This document shows positions 1-9,138 of a stretch of DNA of 64,000 nt, piece by piece; within the stretch, counting starts at the first letter, position 1; every line of letters begins with the position of its first letter. Location of the stretch: sequence record OU343167.1; one strand, given 5' to 3'. Under the pieces are notes generated by a model, which worked only from the letters and a program-made list of their open reading frames with translations, was not told where the DNA came from and did no database searches. A program made the translations under genes and the position numbers.

Positions 1-8
1 CCAACCTA

Positions 9-272
9 ATGTTCCTCCTTCTGGTAATTGTTATAGCAATTCCCGTTGTGGCATACATCTATCTACCTTATGCTGCACTGGCTATTTCAACAGGTGTACT
101 AGCTGCATGTACCTGTGTTTTAGGTATCGGTAATGCACTAGTTGATCCAAATGCCTGCGATACACCTAAACACTGGAGAGAGTATCGTTATTATCTAATC
201 GCTGGATTTGGGTTCTTCACTGTTGCTATGTTCGCAGCAGCTAATCTCAAATATGCATTTAAGTTCATTTAA
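9..272 (+). CDS. small membrane protein
   Basis: 87 aa, several hydrophobic segments; first of a tandem run of similar ORFs. Confidence 0.65.
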   Translation: MFLLLVIVIAIPVVAYIYLPYAALAISTGVLAACTCVLGIGNALVDPNACDTPKHWREYRYYLIAGFGFFTVAMFAAANLKYAFKFI

Positions 273-290
273 AGCCTATATTACAACTGT
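268..290 (+). promoter_or_regulatory. phiKZ-type early promoter (TATATTAC at 277-284)
   Basis: TTTAAAGCC-TATATTAC-AACTGTG; same core at 40335, 41497, 56498; TATATTAC is the known phiKZ vRNAP early motif. Confidence 0.75.
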
Positions 291-319
291 GAATATACAC
301 CCACATAAAGGACAATGTA

Positions 320-529
320 ATGGCTATTATCACCAATGTATTTGCTTTCGCTATCATCACTCTGTTCATCGTCTTTTTCCTGAAACAGGGACTTGCGGTC
401 ATGGGTGTCAAAACGAACCACCTGCCGATTAAACTGGCTAAAGCTTTCAATGCATCTGGTCCTTTGGCAGCAATCCTTCTTGCCGTATACTTGATCATGG
501 CAACCTTTTATAACATCTTTCTGAGTTGA
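320..529 (+). CDS. small 2-TM membrane protein
   Basis: 69 aa, AGGA RBS, two hydrophobic helices. Confidence 0.75.
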   Translation: MAIITNVFAFAIITLFIVFFLKQGLAVMGVKTNHLPIKLAKAFNASGPLAAILLAVYLIMATFYNIFLS

Positions 530-533
530 TACC

Positions 534-722
534 ATGGGATGGATTGTACTGATACTCACCTTCTTCGCTTCTCTTACGGTTGGAGGTGTAATGACTTTCT
601 ATGGCTTGGTAGCTAGCAGTAAAACCTTTTCAGATAGAATCTCTATGGTTCTATTTGGCGTAGTTATTATTGCTATCACCGGCTATAGTGGATATCATTT
701 ATTCGACATGCTTCCAAAATAG
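534..722 (+). CDS. small 2-TM membrane protein
   Basis: 62 aa, two hydrophobic helices. Confidence 0.7.
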   Translation: MGWIVLILTFFASLTVGGVMTFYGLVASSKTFSDRISMVLFGVVIIAITGYSGYHLFDMLPK

Positions 723-730
723 GAGTTAAC

Positions 731-991
731 ATGGATTTGATGTTTACTAACCCAATAGCGTTTATTTACGGGACACTTAGCTTTCCTGGACTACTGTTCA
801 TGACTGGCTATGCTGTATCGTGGTTGTTCGTAATGGGTGTATGCAAGTGGCTTCCTAATTGGAAGTACCTCTGCATGTTCCTCTGCGTCAGTTGGGCAAT
901 TAGCTTTGCGATTTATCTAGTAATGATCATTACGGCCCTGGTTAGCGTGTATACCCCTCTCCAGTTACCGCCGTGGACGCTCATGAACTAA
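731..991 (+). CDS. small membrane protein
   Basis: 86 aa, AGGAG RBS, 2-3 hydrophobic helices. Confidence 0.75.
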   Translation: MDLMFTNPIAFIYGTLSFPGLLFMTGYAVSWLFVMGVCKWLPNWKYLCMFLCVSWAISFAIYLVMIITALVSVYTPLQLPPWTLMN

Positions 992-1004
992 CAAGGAGTT
1001 AATC

Positions 1005-1244
1005 ATGGAAACCATCATGCTGATCTGGTGGATCTCTATTTCGATTATCGCTGGGTCCCTGTTCGTAGCAAAACTGGTAAAAGATAACGATGATGTTCGT
1101 CGAACTCGTTTACCAAAGAAAGATATCATCATGCTCGACCGCATTAATATGATTTGCACTGCTCTCATATGGGGAGCTGCTATCGTAGCGCTGATCACTC
1201 TCTTCTTGGGTGGTCTTTTCATGATGATTGAAGCACAAGTGTAA
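1005..1244 (+). CDS. small 2-TM membrane protein
   Basis: 79 aa, AGGAG RBS, two helices around a charged loop. Confidence 0.75.
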   Translation: METIMLIWWISISIIAGSLFVAKLVKDNDDVRRTRLPKKDIIMLDRINMICTALIWGAAIVALITLFLGGLFMMIEAQV

Positions 1245-1247
1245 GAC

Positions 1248-1301
1248 GGCATAAAGCTCCTACCTTCGGGTAGGAGCTATGCTTTATTTTTTTTTTATTT
1301 T
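1248..1301. terminator. bidirectional intrinsic terminator between convergent operons
   Basis: GGCATAAAGCTCCTACC-TTCG-GGTAGGAGCTATGC followed by a long T tract. Confidence 0.85.
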
Positions 1302-1792
1302 AATCCAAGATCTTTCTCGATTTGTCTAGCTTGCGATGTACTTTGAATAGCCTTCGACTCTGCAAGTTCAATCATGAACAAACAATCATTAAAGGGTAGT
1401 TCAAAGAACTCTAGTAAAGATAAACCATAAATGTCATTGATCTTGTAATTGACAAACTTCCGTATCCAAGTTCTTTCAGGTCCACCTTCTACGACGTTTT
1501 CCTTAGGATGCATTCTAACCAGATCTAAAGGATCAGCCTCTGGTGAATCATGATCGAAAATACCGTAGTCTTTATGGTAGGCCTTCCTGGTCAACATTTC
1601 GGCAATAGCTGGCCTTACGGCATCTAGCGTTCGCACGAGTTCATCGAATGCACTCTTACCATTAACAGTCTTGCGACCGAAAGAGTTCATTGTAACGTGC
1701 CCGTTGTCGTCCTCCAAATTAATTGTTAGACGACTATGCCGGGGGTCCTCGTTGATTACTCCAGGTGCTTGGCTTTCTGGCCCGCCAACGTG
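1295..1792 (-). CDS. tail assembly chaperone C-terminal (gpT/gpE'/T4 gp51-like) segment, probably reached by -1 frameshift from 1756..3357
   Basis: Motif NDIYGLSLLEFFELPFNDCLFMIE resembles gpE'/gp51-type tails; frame stays open upstream of the TTG at 1717 across the stop of the preceding gene; no convincing RBS/start of its own. Confidence 0.6.
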   Translation of the reverse strand, partial: HVGGPESQAPGVINEDPRHSRLTINLEDDNGHVTMNSFGRKTVNGKSAFDELVRTLDAVRPAIAEMLTRKAYHKDYGIFDHDSPEADPLDLVRMHPKENVVEGGPERTWIRKFVNYKINDIYGLSLLEFFELPFNDCLFMIELAESKAIQSTSQARQIEKDLGLK

Positions 1793-3357
1793 AAAAATAT
1801 TGCCATCATGTCTAGCGGTACAAGGTGCGGGAAACGTTCGTTGAATGCTTGGCCCTGAGGACCTTTACATTCTTTGCAGTTATGCGATGGAAGAGCTACC
1901 ACAGCCAGTACACAAGAGTTAGTATACTCATGTACGGTATCAAAGAACTGTTCCGCGTACTGCGGATCACTCAGAGTGTTCGCCAGATAATCACTAATGA
2001 TTTCCTGATCGTCGGAAAGCAGTTGATCTTCGAAGTCTTCTACATCGTCGTCCTTTTCATAGATACCATCTACCCAATGAGCATACTGCATGGCGATAGT
2101 AGCTTTACTCAGTTTATCAATGTACGCTGAACGTTGAACACCATGTGGCGGTTCGTTAAATGTACCTTGAGACATTTCGATCAATGTCTGAGACCACTGA
2201 GAAGCAGCCATCTTACGTTGAGCGATAGTCGGGATAGCAAGACGAACACCAATATCACCAAACCAGAATACTTTCTTACCGCCAATACCGAAACCTTCAC
2301 GGTAAGCTTTGAAGTCTTCATCCGTAGCGGGTGCAAATTTCTTAGCGATAAATTTACGCTGATCATTACTGAATACAGTGTTGTCAAACCAAACGATAGA
2401 CGACATGTTAAGTTTTGCAGTGATACGAGCCGTACAGTTGTCCGGGTCTGCAATACATGGAACGTCGTAGTTGAATCCATCAATGTACATTGTAGAAGCT
2501 AGGGCATGATGCAGGATAGCTTCATCAAAGATCGATAGTTCATGTTCCAGGTCACTTGGAGTAATGAAGGACTTGTTCGATGCAATAACACAAGACAGAG
2601 CCAGATCAGTCATCGCGTTCATCATTACGGAACCAGCGTTAGAGAACGACATGCCTTTGGTTTGCATTCCCAGCCGCAGCTTGATCTGCTGCATTTCTGT
2701 TTGCAATGCGACTACTTCAGTAAGTGTCGGAGCACGCAGGCGAAGCCAGATACCCGAACGAGGCATAAACGTTTCGTATGTCGCACCAAGACCAGATTTC
2801 TTGGAGAGGTATGCCAACAGTTCTTCTTTACTGTGTCGTTTATTACGATCGATCTTTTGAGAAGGGCGGCCTGGTCGAATAAGGTTACCGTTATCATGAC
2901 CAGTAATACCTTGTTGCCATACAGAACCTTCACGTTCCGTCCCACCGATAGGAGTGGGGTCAAGGTTAGTATGGTTCATACCAGCTACTAGAGAAATCAA
3001 CCAATCTCGGTCACTGCTAGTAGTAGTGAGATCACCTTGGTGCATTCCATTCAATAGCGCCGAGTGACGTTCCAATACCTGGTTAAAGGTCTTGGGGTTT
3101 TCTAGAATGAAACTCATCAAAGAGGTCATACCAGGAATAGCTTCACTAGAACAAGAACGTGTCTCAGTGAAGTTAACTGGTTTCTGGTCAATTACCAGAG
3201 GAGGTAGTTCAACAGCAGGCGAAGAAGATACTTCTTCCGCAGGTGCGTCCGGTAGAGTGGGACCCGTGGGCCCCTGTTCTACTTCTGCATCAGCTTGCTG
3301 TTCCCAATTACCCTCAGCAGGATAATTGTCTTCTTTATCCATATCAAGCTCTTGCAT
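1756..3357 (-). CDS. tail/baseplate-hub assembly chaperone, T4 gp26-like (phiKZ gp77-like position)
   Basis: 533 aa; LRLRAPTLTEVV...IFDEAILHHALA...CIADPDNC and C-terminal CKEC pattern resemble gp26-type chaperones; acidic N-terminus. Confidence 0.55.
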   Translation of the reverse strand: MQELDMDKEDNYPAEGNWEQQADAEVEQGPTGPTLPDAPAEEVSSSPAVELPPLVIDQKPVNFTETRSCSSEAIPGMTSLMSFILENPKTFNQVLERHSALLNGMHQGDLTTTSSDRDWLISLVAGMNHTNLDPTPIGGTEREGSVWQQGITGHDNGNLIRPGRPSQKIDRNKRHSKEELLAYLSKKSGLGATYETFMPRSGIWLRLRAPTLTEVVALQTEMQQIKLRLGMQTKGMSFSNAGSVMMNAMTDLALSCVIASNKSFITPSDLEHELSIFDEAILHHALASTMYIDGFNYDVPCIADPDNCTARITAKLNMSSIVWFDNTVFSNDQRKFIAKKFAPATDEDFKAYREGFGIGGKKVFWFGDIGVRLAIPTIAQRKMAASQWSQTLIEMSQGTFNEPPHGVQRSAYIDKLSKATIAMQYAHWVDGIYEKDDDVEDFEDQLLSDDQEIISDYLANTLSDPQYAEQFFDTVHEYTNSCVLAVVALPSHNCKECKGPQGQAFNERFPHLVPLDMMAIFFTLAGQKAKHLE

Positions 3358-3368
3358 TTTGTATTACC

Positions 3369-3965
3369 TTATTTCACGAAGGAAACAGTATCAACACCAG
3401 CTTCTTGCATCTTAGCAATGAGACCCATCAGCAGTGGTTGAACAGCTGTTTCTACTTTATGTTGGAGATTTGCGTAACCCAAAGTCAGCTTACCGATTTG
3501 ATCGAGATCAGCCAGATCAGGTGTACCAGTTTTGTTTACGTGAAGAATACTAAGAGCTTCCAGAGCACTGATCATCTGTTCAATATCAGACATGCAGTTT
3601 TGCAGATCTTTAGAGAAACCTTCAGGATCACTGAGTTTACTCAGAATTTCTTCACGACGCTCCAGCGCCGGAATGATAACAATGGAAGTAGCATTAAGAG
3701 CAGCAGCTGTAATGCGATACAATTCGCGAAGAATGGCCCAGCCATCTTCTTTAATGAGTTGTTGTGCTGCTACAGCAGAAGCTTCTACAGCTTGGTCCAG
3801 TTGTTCTTTCGGGGACAGTGCGGTCATTTGATTGTGCTCCAATTTTGGATTATGGGGGAATATTTTATCAAGGGCTTCAGAGAGCCGTTTTTCATCTTCA
3901 GGAGTTGGTTTTGGATGGTGTATTGTATCCATCAAATTAAACGGCAGCTCACTAAACTTACTCAT
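3369..3965 (-). CDS. conserved hypothetical, helical protein (gp78-like position)
   Basis: 198 aa, GGAG RBS, co-oriented with the chaperone gene. Confidence 0.75.
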   Translation of the reverse strand: MSKFSELPFNLMDTIHHPKPTPEDEKRLSEALDKIFPHNPKLEHNQMTALSPKEQLDQAVEASAVAAQQLIKEDGWAILRELYRITAAALNATSIVIIPALERREEILSKLSDPEGFSKDLQNCMSDIEQMISALEALSILHVNKTGTPDLADLDQIGKLTLGYANLQHKVETAVQPLLMGLIAKMQEAGVDTVSFVK

Positions 3966-4089
3966 TGAAGCTCCTAGTGGAATAGTGTAGTAACATAGAT
4001 GTTACAGGAAACGTAACTTTTCACATATTACGAAGACATACCTGCAACATAACCGTATGTTAGATATTCATTTATACAGGATAATTCCA

Positions 4090-4941
4090 ATGAAAGAAAT
4101 GCTAGATAGTATCCTCACTCCCCTAGTGATGGAAGAACGAAAAGAAATCATGCTTGAATGCGTAGCTTCCCTAGAGGAAATGGATTACTCGGCAGCTCTT
4201 GATGAACTGCATACCGTTTGCTCTATTGCTGATGACAATGCAGACACTATGATGTTGCTTGGCCGTATTGACGATATTATCCGTGTGGCCCATGATCAGG
4301 TTCTAGCTGCACACGAAGTAAAAGTATCGGATGAGGCGACACAAGAGCAACGGCTTGCAATTGTCCGTACTATTTTAGGTTTGCCAAATTATATTCTTCC
4401 TGATCAGATTGAGTTGATTCTACAAGGCGATTTCGATAATGAGGAAATTCTTGCTCATCTGGTACCTATGTTTGAACGCCTTTCTTTCGACGAAGTATGG
4501 CCTTTAATTAATGAAGTATCTGTTTCTTTCATCGATGCTTTAAAAGCGATGGTGCAAGACACTATGATGACGCGTGGTCACATCGACGAATACATCGCTC
4601 CTGTATCCCGTATCCGTGTTCTTAATCGATTGATGAATACCATAGGTCGAGATAAGTTTAGTATGGTTCTCGAACTGTCTAATTCTGGTATGCGAGTCGG
4701 ACATGACTGGTTAGAACTCCTTTCTAATAGTCTTGAAAGCCTGGACAATAAGAACGCTCAAGATGCGGCTTATGAAATGGTAGGTCTTGCATTCTTCTCT
4801 AATCTTCACCTCGATAGTATCTATAGCACTGTTAAAGTTTCTATCGATGAATACACAGAGAACGAGATGGAACGTAATATCATGGAACGGGTGATCGACG
4901 AGATCAAGCGTAAAATGGGAAAGCTCTATGAAACTGCGTGA
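4090..4941 (+). CDS. conserved hypothetical protein (gp79-like position)
   Basis: ORF 4057..4941; ATG at 4090 has an AGGA RBS; overlaps start of the vRNAP gene. Confidence 0.75.
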   Translation: MKEMLDSILTPLVMEERKEIMLECVASLEEMDYSAALDELHTVCSIADDNADTMMLLGRIDDIIRVAHDQVLAAHEVKVSDEATQEQRLAIVRTILGLPNYILPDQIELILQGDFDNEEILAHLVPMFERLSFDEVWPLINEVSVSFIDALKAMVQDTMMTRGHIDEYIAPVSRIRVLNRLMNTIGRDKFSMVLELSNSGMRVGHDWLELLSNSLESLDNKNAQDAAYEMVGLAFFSNLHLDSIYSTVKVSIDEYTENEMERNIMERVIDEIKRKMGKLYETA

Positions 4942-6271
4942 TTATTTCCTTTTAGGAATTAAAGCTGGTCTATGTAAAAAACGTGCTTGGATGAACAGTC
5001 TGTTCAACATCGTTTATAATAACGATGATATTCCTAACATGCCTTATAAGCCACATTTTGGTGAAGGCCGAATGTGGTTCTACATGCCGAATGGCGATGA
5101 GAAAATTTTCATCGATGATTACATCGAAGGTCGAGCTCCTTTACACTTCCGTGATGAATTCATTTTACAACCGGGTGAAATAGAAAACTACAAAGGTACT
5201 GAACCGTTACGTACTACGTATGGCAATGTATTCGTTAACTACCTCTGTCTGGTCCTTCCGTTCGGGGATATCTTCCCATTTCAGACAGGATATTTCTCAC
5301 TTGCTAAAATTGAGAATGAGCTGCTAGATAGACTGATTGACGACCGTGAAGATGGTAACGTCACTGAACGAGCACCGGATGGTAAGATCTACGTTTGGCA
5401 ATATCTAATGTTTGCGGATCATTGTCTAGCTATTCCCGCTTACGCCGATAGCCTTGTTACTTCTGTTACACGTAAATCGATGACTGCTCACCCAGACAGA
5501 GATAAAGTACGTGCAGCTCTTTTGGAACAATATAAAGATCAATTAACTGACCCAGCTATTGTTGCAAAAATAGGTAACGAACTTATTAAGATGGATGAAG
5601 AGTATCTATCTGACGATGAGTCGTATGAGTTCTATGATGCAAAACATGCTAAGCTATTCGGCGGTGTTCGTAAGAAAGTTCACTATCTATTTGGTGGTGA
5701 ATCTCCGTTCTCGGATGGTACGTCGGTTGAACTTATCTCTAAGTCACTTGAAGAAGGCATTGATACAGATCACATGCCTGTGATGAACAACTCTCTTCGT
5801 TATGGTTCTTATAACCGTGGTGCTCAGACTGCATTGGGTGGCGAGTCCACCAAGACTATTTATCGAATGGTCGGTACAGTCCGAATTATAGAACCTGACT
5901 GTAAAACACATATTGGTGTTCCAACGCGAGTAGATAAGTTTAATGCTAAAGAACTCGTTGGTTACACTATGGTTAAGGATGGAGAATCCATTCTTATTAC
6001 CTCTGAAAACATTGATGGACTTATGGGTCAAATTATCGATGTACGCGGTCCAATGACGTGTAAGTCTGGACGTGACATTGAAAAGGGTATCCTTGGACGA
6101 GATAAGAATATCTGTGCTACTTGTGCGGGTAAAGCTCTTGCTGAGAACCCCAACGGTATTCCTGCTGCGGCAGCTGGTGTGGGTGGACGCTTCTTGAGTA
6201 TCTTCATGTCGAAGATGCACAGTGCTACTCTGAAGACTGTTAAATGGGACCCGGTCCGTCGTCTTTCTTAA
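4928..6271 (+). CDS. virion RNA polymerase beta' C-terminal subunit (phiKZ gp80-like)
   Basis: 447 aa; RGAQTALGG bridge-helix-like region, EPDCKT, VRGPMTCKS...ICATCAG Zn site, FMSKMH trigger-loop-like end typical of beta'-C. Confidence 0.85.
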   Translation: MKLRDYFLLGIKAGLCKKRAWMNSLFNIVYNNDDIPNMPYKPHFGEGRMWFYMPNGDEKIFIDDYIEGRAPLHFRDEFILQPGEIENYKGTEPLRTTYGNVFVNYLCLVLPFGDIFPFQTGYFSLAKIENELLDRLIDDREDGNVTERAPDGKIYVWQYLMFADHCLAIPAYADSLVTSVTRKSMTAHPDRDKVRAALLEQYKDQLTDPAIVAKIGNELIKMDEEYLSDDESYEFYDAKHAKLFGGVRKKVHYLFGGESPFSDGTSVELISKSLEEGIDTDHMPVMNNSLRYGSYNRGAQTALGGESTKTIYRMVGTVRIIEPDCKTHIGVPTRVDKFNAKELVGYTMVKDGESILITSENIDGLMGQIIDVRGPMTCKSGRDIEKGILGRDKNICATCAGKALAENPNGIPAAAAGVGGRFLSIFMSKMHSATLKTVKWDPVRRLS

Positions 6272-6333
6272 GACAAAGGGGAATCTTACCAATTCCCCTA
6301 ATTCTTTGACTATTCACAAACTAGGAAATCCCC

Positions 6334-7758
6334 ATGGCTAAAAATCGAAATCGTGGTTTCTCTATTCCTACCGTAGCTAAACCGGTAGAACCTGTTACTC
6401 CTGTTATTCCGGAAACTCCCCAAGAGACACCGGTTGAATACGGTCCCCTTTCTTTTGAAGAACTACAAGCTGCTTTCGAAGGTCATGATGACAACGAAGT
6501 AGCAGCACTCGTAGCTCCTGTTCTAGCTGCACTCCATCGTGATGCGTTCTATGATGACGATGGTCGGATGCTGACTTGCGGTGAAGTTGTTGATAAATTC
6601 GATACCGATGTTGAATCTGAAGCTGAAGACAGTGGTGACCCTAAAGGAGAAGAAGAAAGTGATCTCGAAGAGACTACTGATCTTCCTCCGGAAGGTGAAA
6701 CCGAAGAAGAGCTGGCTGATCCAGAACCTACCCCCGCTCTGGTCGATCTGCTTCGAGAAGAAGCTACCGCAGCTATTTCTGAACCTGAAGTAGTTGAGGA
6801 AGTCAAGCCTCTCGTTGATACTCCTGTATCGGGTTGGACTAAAGAAGAACTCGAACTGTATATCAAAGGCGAGCTTGTTGAAGATGTTCGTTACAATGTT
6901 CTGAAGGAAGCTATTGTTGAACATCAACGCCGTGAAGCTACTCTTGATCTAGCCTGGAATCCACAGCAATGTAAAGAGTTCCTTGTCAGTGGTATTGTTC
7001 CTGACAAAACTTCTAAAGGTGCTTGGAAATCCGACATCACTCGTTTTGCACGTAAAGCAACTCAATGGACCACACAAGAACTTGAAAGCTGGGCTCTTGG
7101 TGAGATTCGCCCAGAGGGTTCTACCAGTGAACCCGCACTGGCCGTTGAACTGAAAGAACGTTTGATGTTGGTTAGTAAGAGCAATGCTCCTGAAGATGTC
7201 ATCCTGGCTTATAAAGCTCAAACCGGACAGACAACTCAGACTACCCATTTGACCGGAACTATTCCGACTGCGGCTGCTCCGAAAGTAGATGTCGAAGCTG
7301 TTCGTATCCAACTCTCCTACGAAGGACTTACCGAAGTGAACCAAACTTACATTGAAGAAACTCTCAAGAAATACAAAGAAATTTGTGCTCCGGGTAAACC
7401 ACTGACTCCGCAAACTGGTGTCATGGCGCAGAAACAACTGGATAACGTTATTCGTTATGTTATCAATCTCGAAGATCCAGTTGGCTTTAAGTCCGGTATG
7501 GAAATTATTCGGAAATTCATCACCGAAAACCGTAAGTCTCCTGGCCTGTTCGATGATAGCCATGCATTCCGTTTCACTGATGGTTTGAGTGTTCAAGGTG
7601 GTGTACAAGAATCGCACATTCAGATCCTGACTCTGTTCTTCATCTTCGCCGATGAGAACAAAGAAGCGCGGACCCAGTACGATGTTCCTAGTCTGGTATC
7701 CCTCTTCCCGACTAAGCGTCAACCTCTCCTGCTTCAGTACTTCCAACAAGTACAGTAA
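6334..7758 (+). CDS. conserved hypothetical protein with acidic N-terminus (gp81-like position)
   Basis: 474 aa, phage-like codon use, followed by terminator. Confidence 0.75.
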   Translation: MAKNRNRGFSIPTVAKPVEPVTPVIPETPQETPVEYGPLSFEELQAAFEGHDDNEVAALVAPVLAALHRDAFYDDDGRMLTCGEVVDKFDTDVESEAEDSGDPKGEEESDLEETTDLPPEGETEEELADPEPTPALVDLLREEATAAISEPEVVEEVKPLVDTPVSGWTKEELELYIKGELVEDVRYNVLKEAIVEHQRREATLDLAWNPQQCKEFLVSGIVPDKTSKGAWKSDITRFARKATQWTTQELESWALGEIRPEGSTSEPALAVELKERLMLVSKSNAPEDVILAYKAQTGQTTQTTHLTGTIPTAAAPKVDVEAVRIQLSYEGLTEVNQTYIEETLKKYKEICAPGKPLTPQTGVMAQKQLDNVIRYVINLEDPVGFKSGMEIIRKFITENRKSPGLFDDSHAFRFTDGLSVQGGVQESHIQILTLFFIFADENKEARTQYDVPSLVSLFPTKRQPLLLQYFQQVQ

Positions 7759-7793
7759 ACATAACGCCCTCCCTTCAGGGAGGGCTTTATGCC
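7759..7793 (+). terminator. conserved hairpin terminator
   Basis: ACATAACGCCCTCCC-TTCA-GGGAGGGCTTTATGCC. Confidence 0.8.
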
Positions 7794-7831
7794 GGCAATG
7801 GTATAGGTTTTAAGAAAGAACAGGATTACAT

Positions 7832-9100
7832 ATGTTCGAATCATTATTAGCAGTTCTTAATAAGTACGATGATACATTTCCACCAGGATCACAAATTCCA
7901 ATTGCTGGTAGTGATTACTTTAGTTATTTCGGTGGGTTTAAAGCAGGCCTACCACAACCTGAAGCATTCTCTAATCTAGTTGGTTTCACAGAGGGTACAT
8001 TACACACTAGTGAAACAACTTGGTTTAAATACAAAGAGAATAACAGACTTATTTATTTACCGAAAACACCTTTTAGACGAGGCGCTGCTAGATCGATTAT
8101 AGAGAACCATGGACTCATCGATGGTAAGGAAATACAGATCGGTAGACATAAGTTCCTATGTCGTGTTATGACGGGTATTGATAACCCTGGTGCCAGTGCA
8201 ACTGGTGGCGGCGAATATAACCGTTTGGTTTATTCGATGGTAATACCCAGACAATCTGGTGCAGCGGCATTTGAGTCATTCTCAACAAGTGACTTTGGTT
8301 TAGCTAGTACCGGTGGGGCTAATTGGGTACGTGAAGTCCAAACTACTGGTACTGACGTAGGTAAAGGCTTCTATCGTGGTTTTAATTCAATCAGCTATGT
8401 GGGTAGAGAAGTAGCTGGTTCAAATATGAATAACTACGGATGGCGTCCAATTCTAATTTGGATTGACCCGGACATTATTCCATCGAAAGGACCTGGTACT
8501 GAATCACTTATAGCCGGTAATGACGATATAGGTTACTTTGGTCGTGTCCCATCTAGTGAATTAATTACAGCATCTGCGTTAGCTACCTTAGTTGGTTTGA
8601 GCGAGGGGACTGTTCTTAATGAGGCACCGGACTGGTTTAAGTTCTCTCACAGAAGTACCATTCTTTATATCCCACAAAAACCACTCAAAAACAACATGAC
8701 ATGGAATTCTCTGGCAAGTGCTGGATTGAATGGTAGGGGTAAACGAATCACTATCGGTGACAACGTATACCAGTGTCGATTGATGTATATTGGCGCTACC
8801 GATACAGGTATAACCAATAACGCTGCTCCAGGAAGAGAATGGCGTGATCTAATGTATAACGTCCATGGAACTGTAACCGGTACAAAGGCATGGGAAAACT
8901 TAACCAACGCTGATCTCGGGGTAGGTGGACAAGGAGCCGGTAGTTATAGCTGGGGTCAGGAAACTGGCTTAGTCGATGGTAAAACAGCATATGCCGGTAT
9001 CGGTTATAGTAACATGTCCCAGTTGAATATTAACGTACCCACCAATACGGGTGCACATATGGGTTGGCGTCCTGTTCTAGAGTTGATTGGTAAAGCTTAA
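7832..9100 (+). CDS. virion-associated protein with two tandem GWRP-ending domains (probable C-type-lectin/FGE-like fold)
   Basis: 422 aa; two ~190-aa repeats each YFG...WFK...Y(L/I)PxxP...R(V/L)M...G.E(Y/W)..L...GWRP(I/V)L. Confidence 0.6.
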   Translation: MFESLLAVLNKYDDTFPPGSQIPIAGSDYFSYFGGFKAGLPQPEAFSNLVGFTEGTLHTSETTWFKYKENNRLIYLPKTPFRRGAARSIIENHGLIDGKEIQIGRHKFLCRVMTGIDNPGASATGGGEYNRLVYSMVIPRQSGAAAFESFSTSDFGLASTGGANWVREVQTTGTDVGKGFYRGFNSISYVGREVAGSNMNNYGWRPILIWIDPDIIPSKGPGTESLIAGNDDIGYFGRVPSSELITASALATLVGLSEGTVLNEAPDWFKFSHRSTILYIPQKPLKNNMTWNSLASAGLNGRGKRITIGDNVYQCRLMYIGATDTGITNNAAPGREWRDLMYNVHGTVTGTKAWENLTNADLGVGGQGAGSYSWGQETGLVDGKTAYAGIGYSNMSQLNINVPTNTGAHMGWRPVLELIGKA

Positions 9101-9101
9101 C

Positions 9102-9136
9102 GGCATAAAGCCCCACCTAATGGTGGGGCAATATGT
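9102..9136. terminator. bidirectional hairpin terminator
   Basis: GGCATAAAGCCCCACC-TAAT-GGTGGGGCAATATGT between convergent genes. Confidence 0.8.
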
Positions 9137-9138
9137 TG

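Noticed and set aside
4928-6271. Introns or inteins in the RNAP, polymerase and helicase genes
   Set aside because: ORFs are continuous and of expected size; no intein or homing-endonuclease motifs recognised
7832-9100. Diversity-generating retroelement target
   Set aside because: CLec-like ends present but no template repeat, adenine-only mismatch pattern or reverse transcriptase in the window
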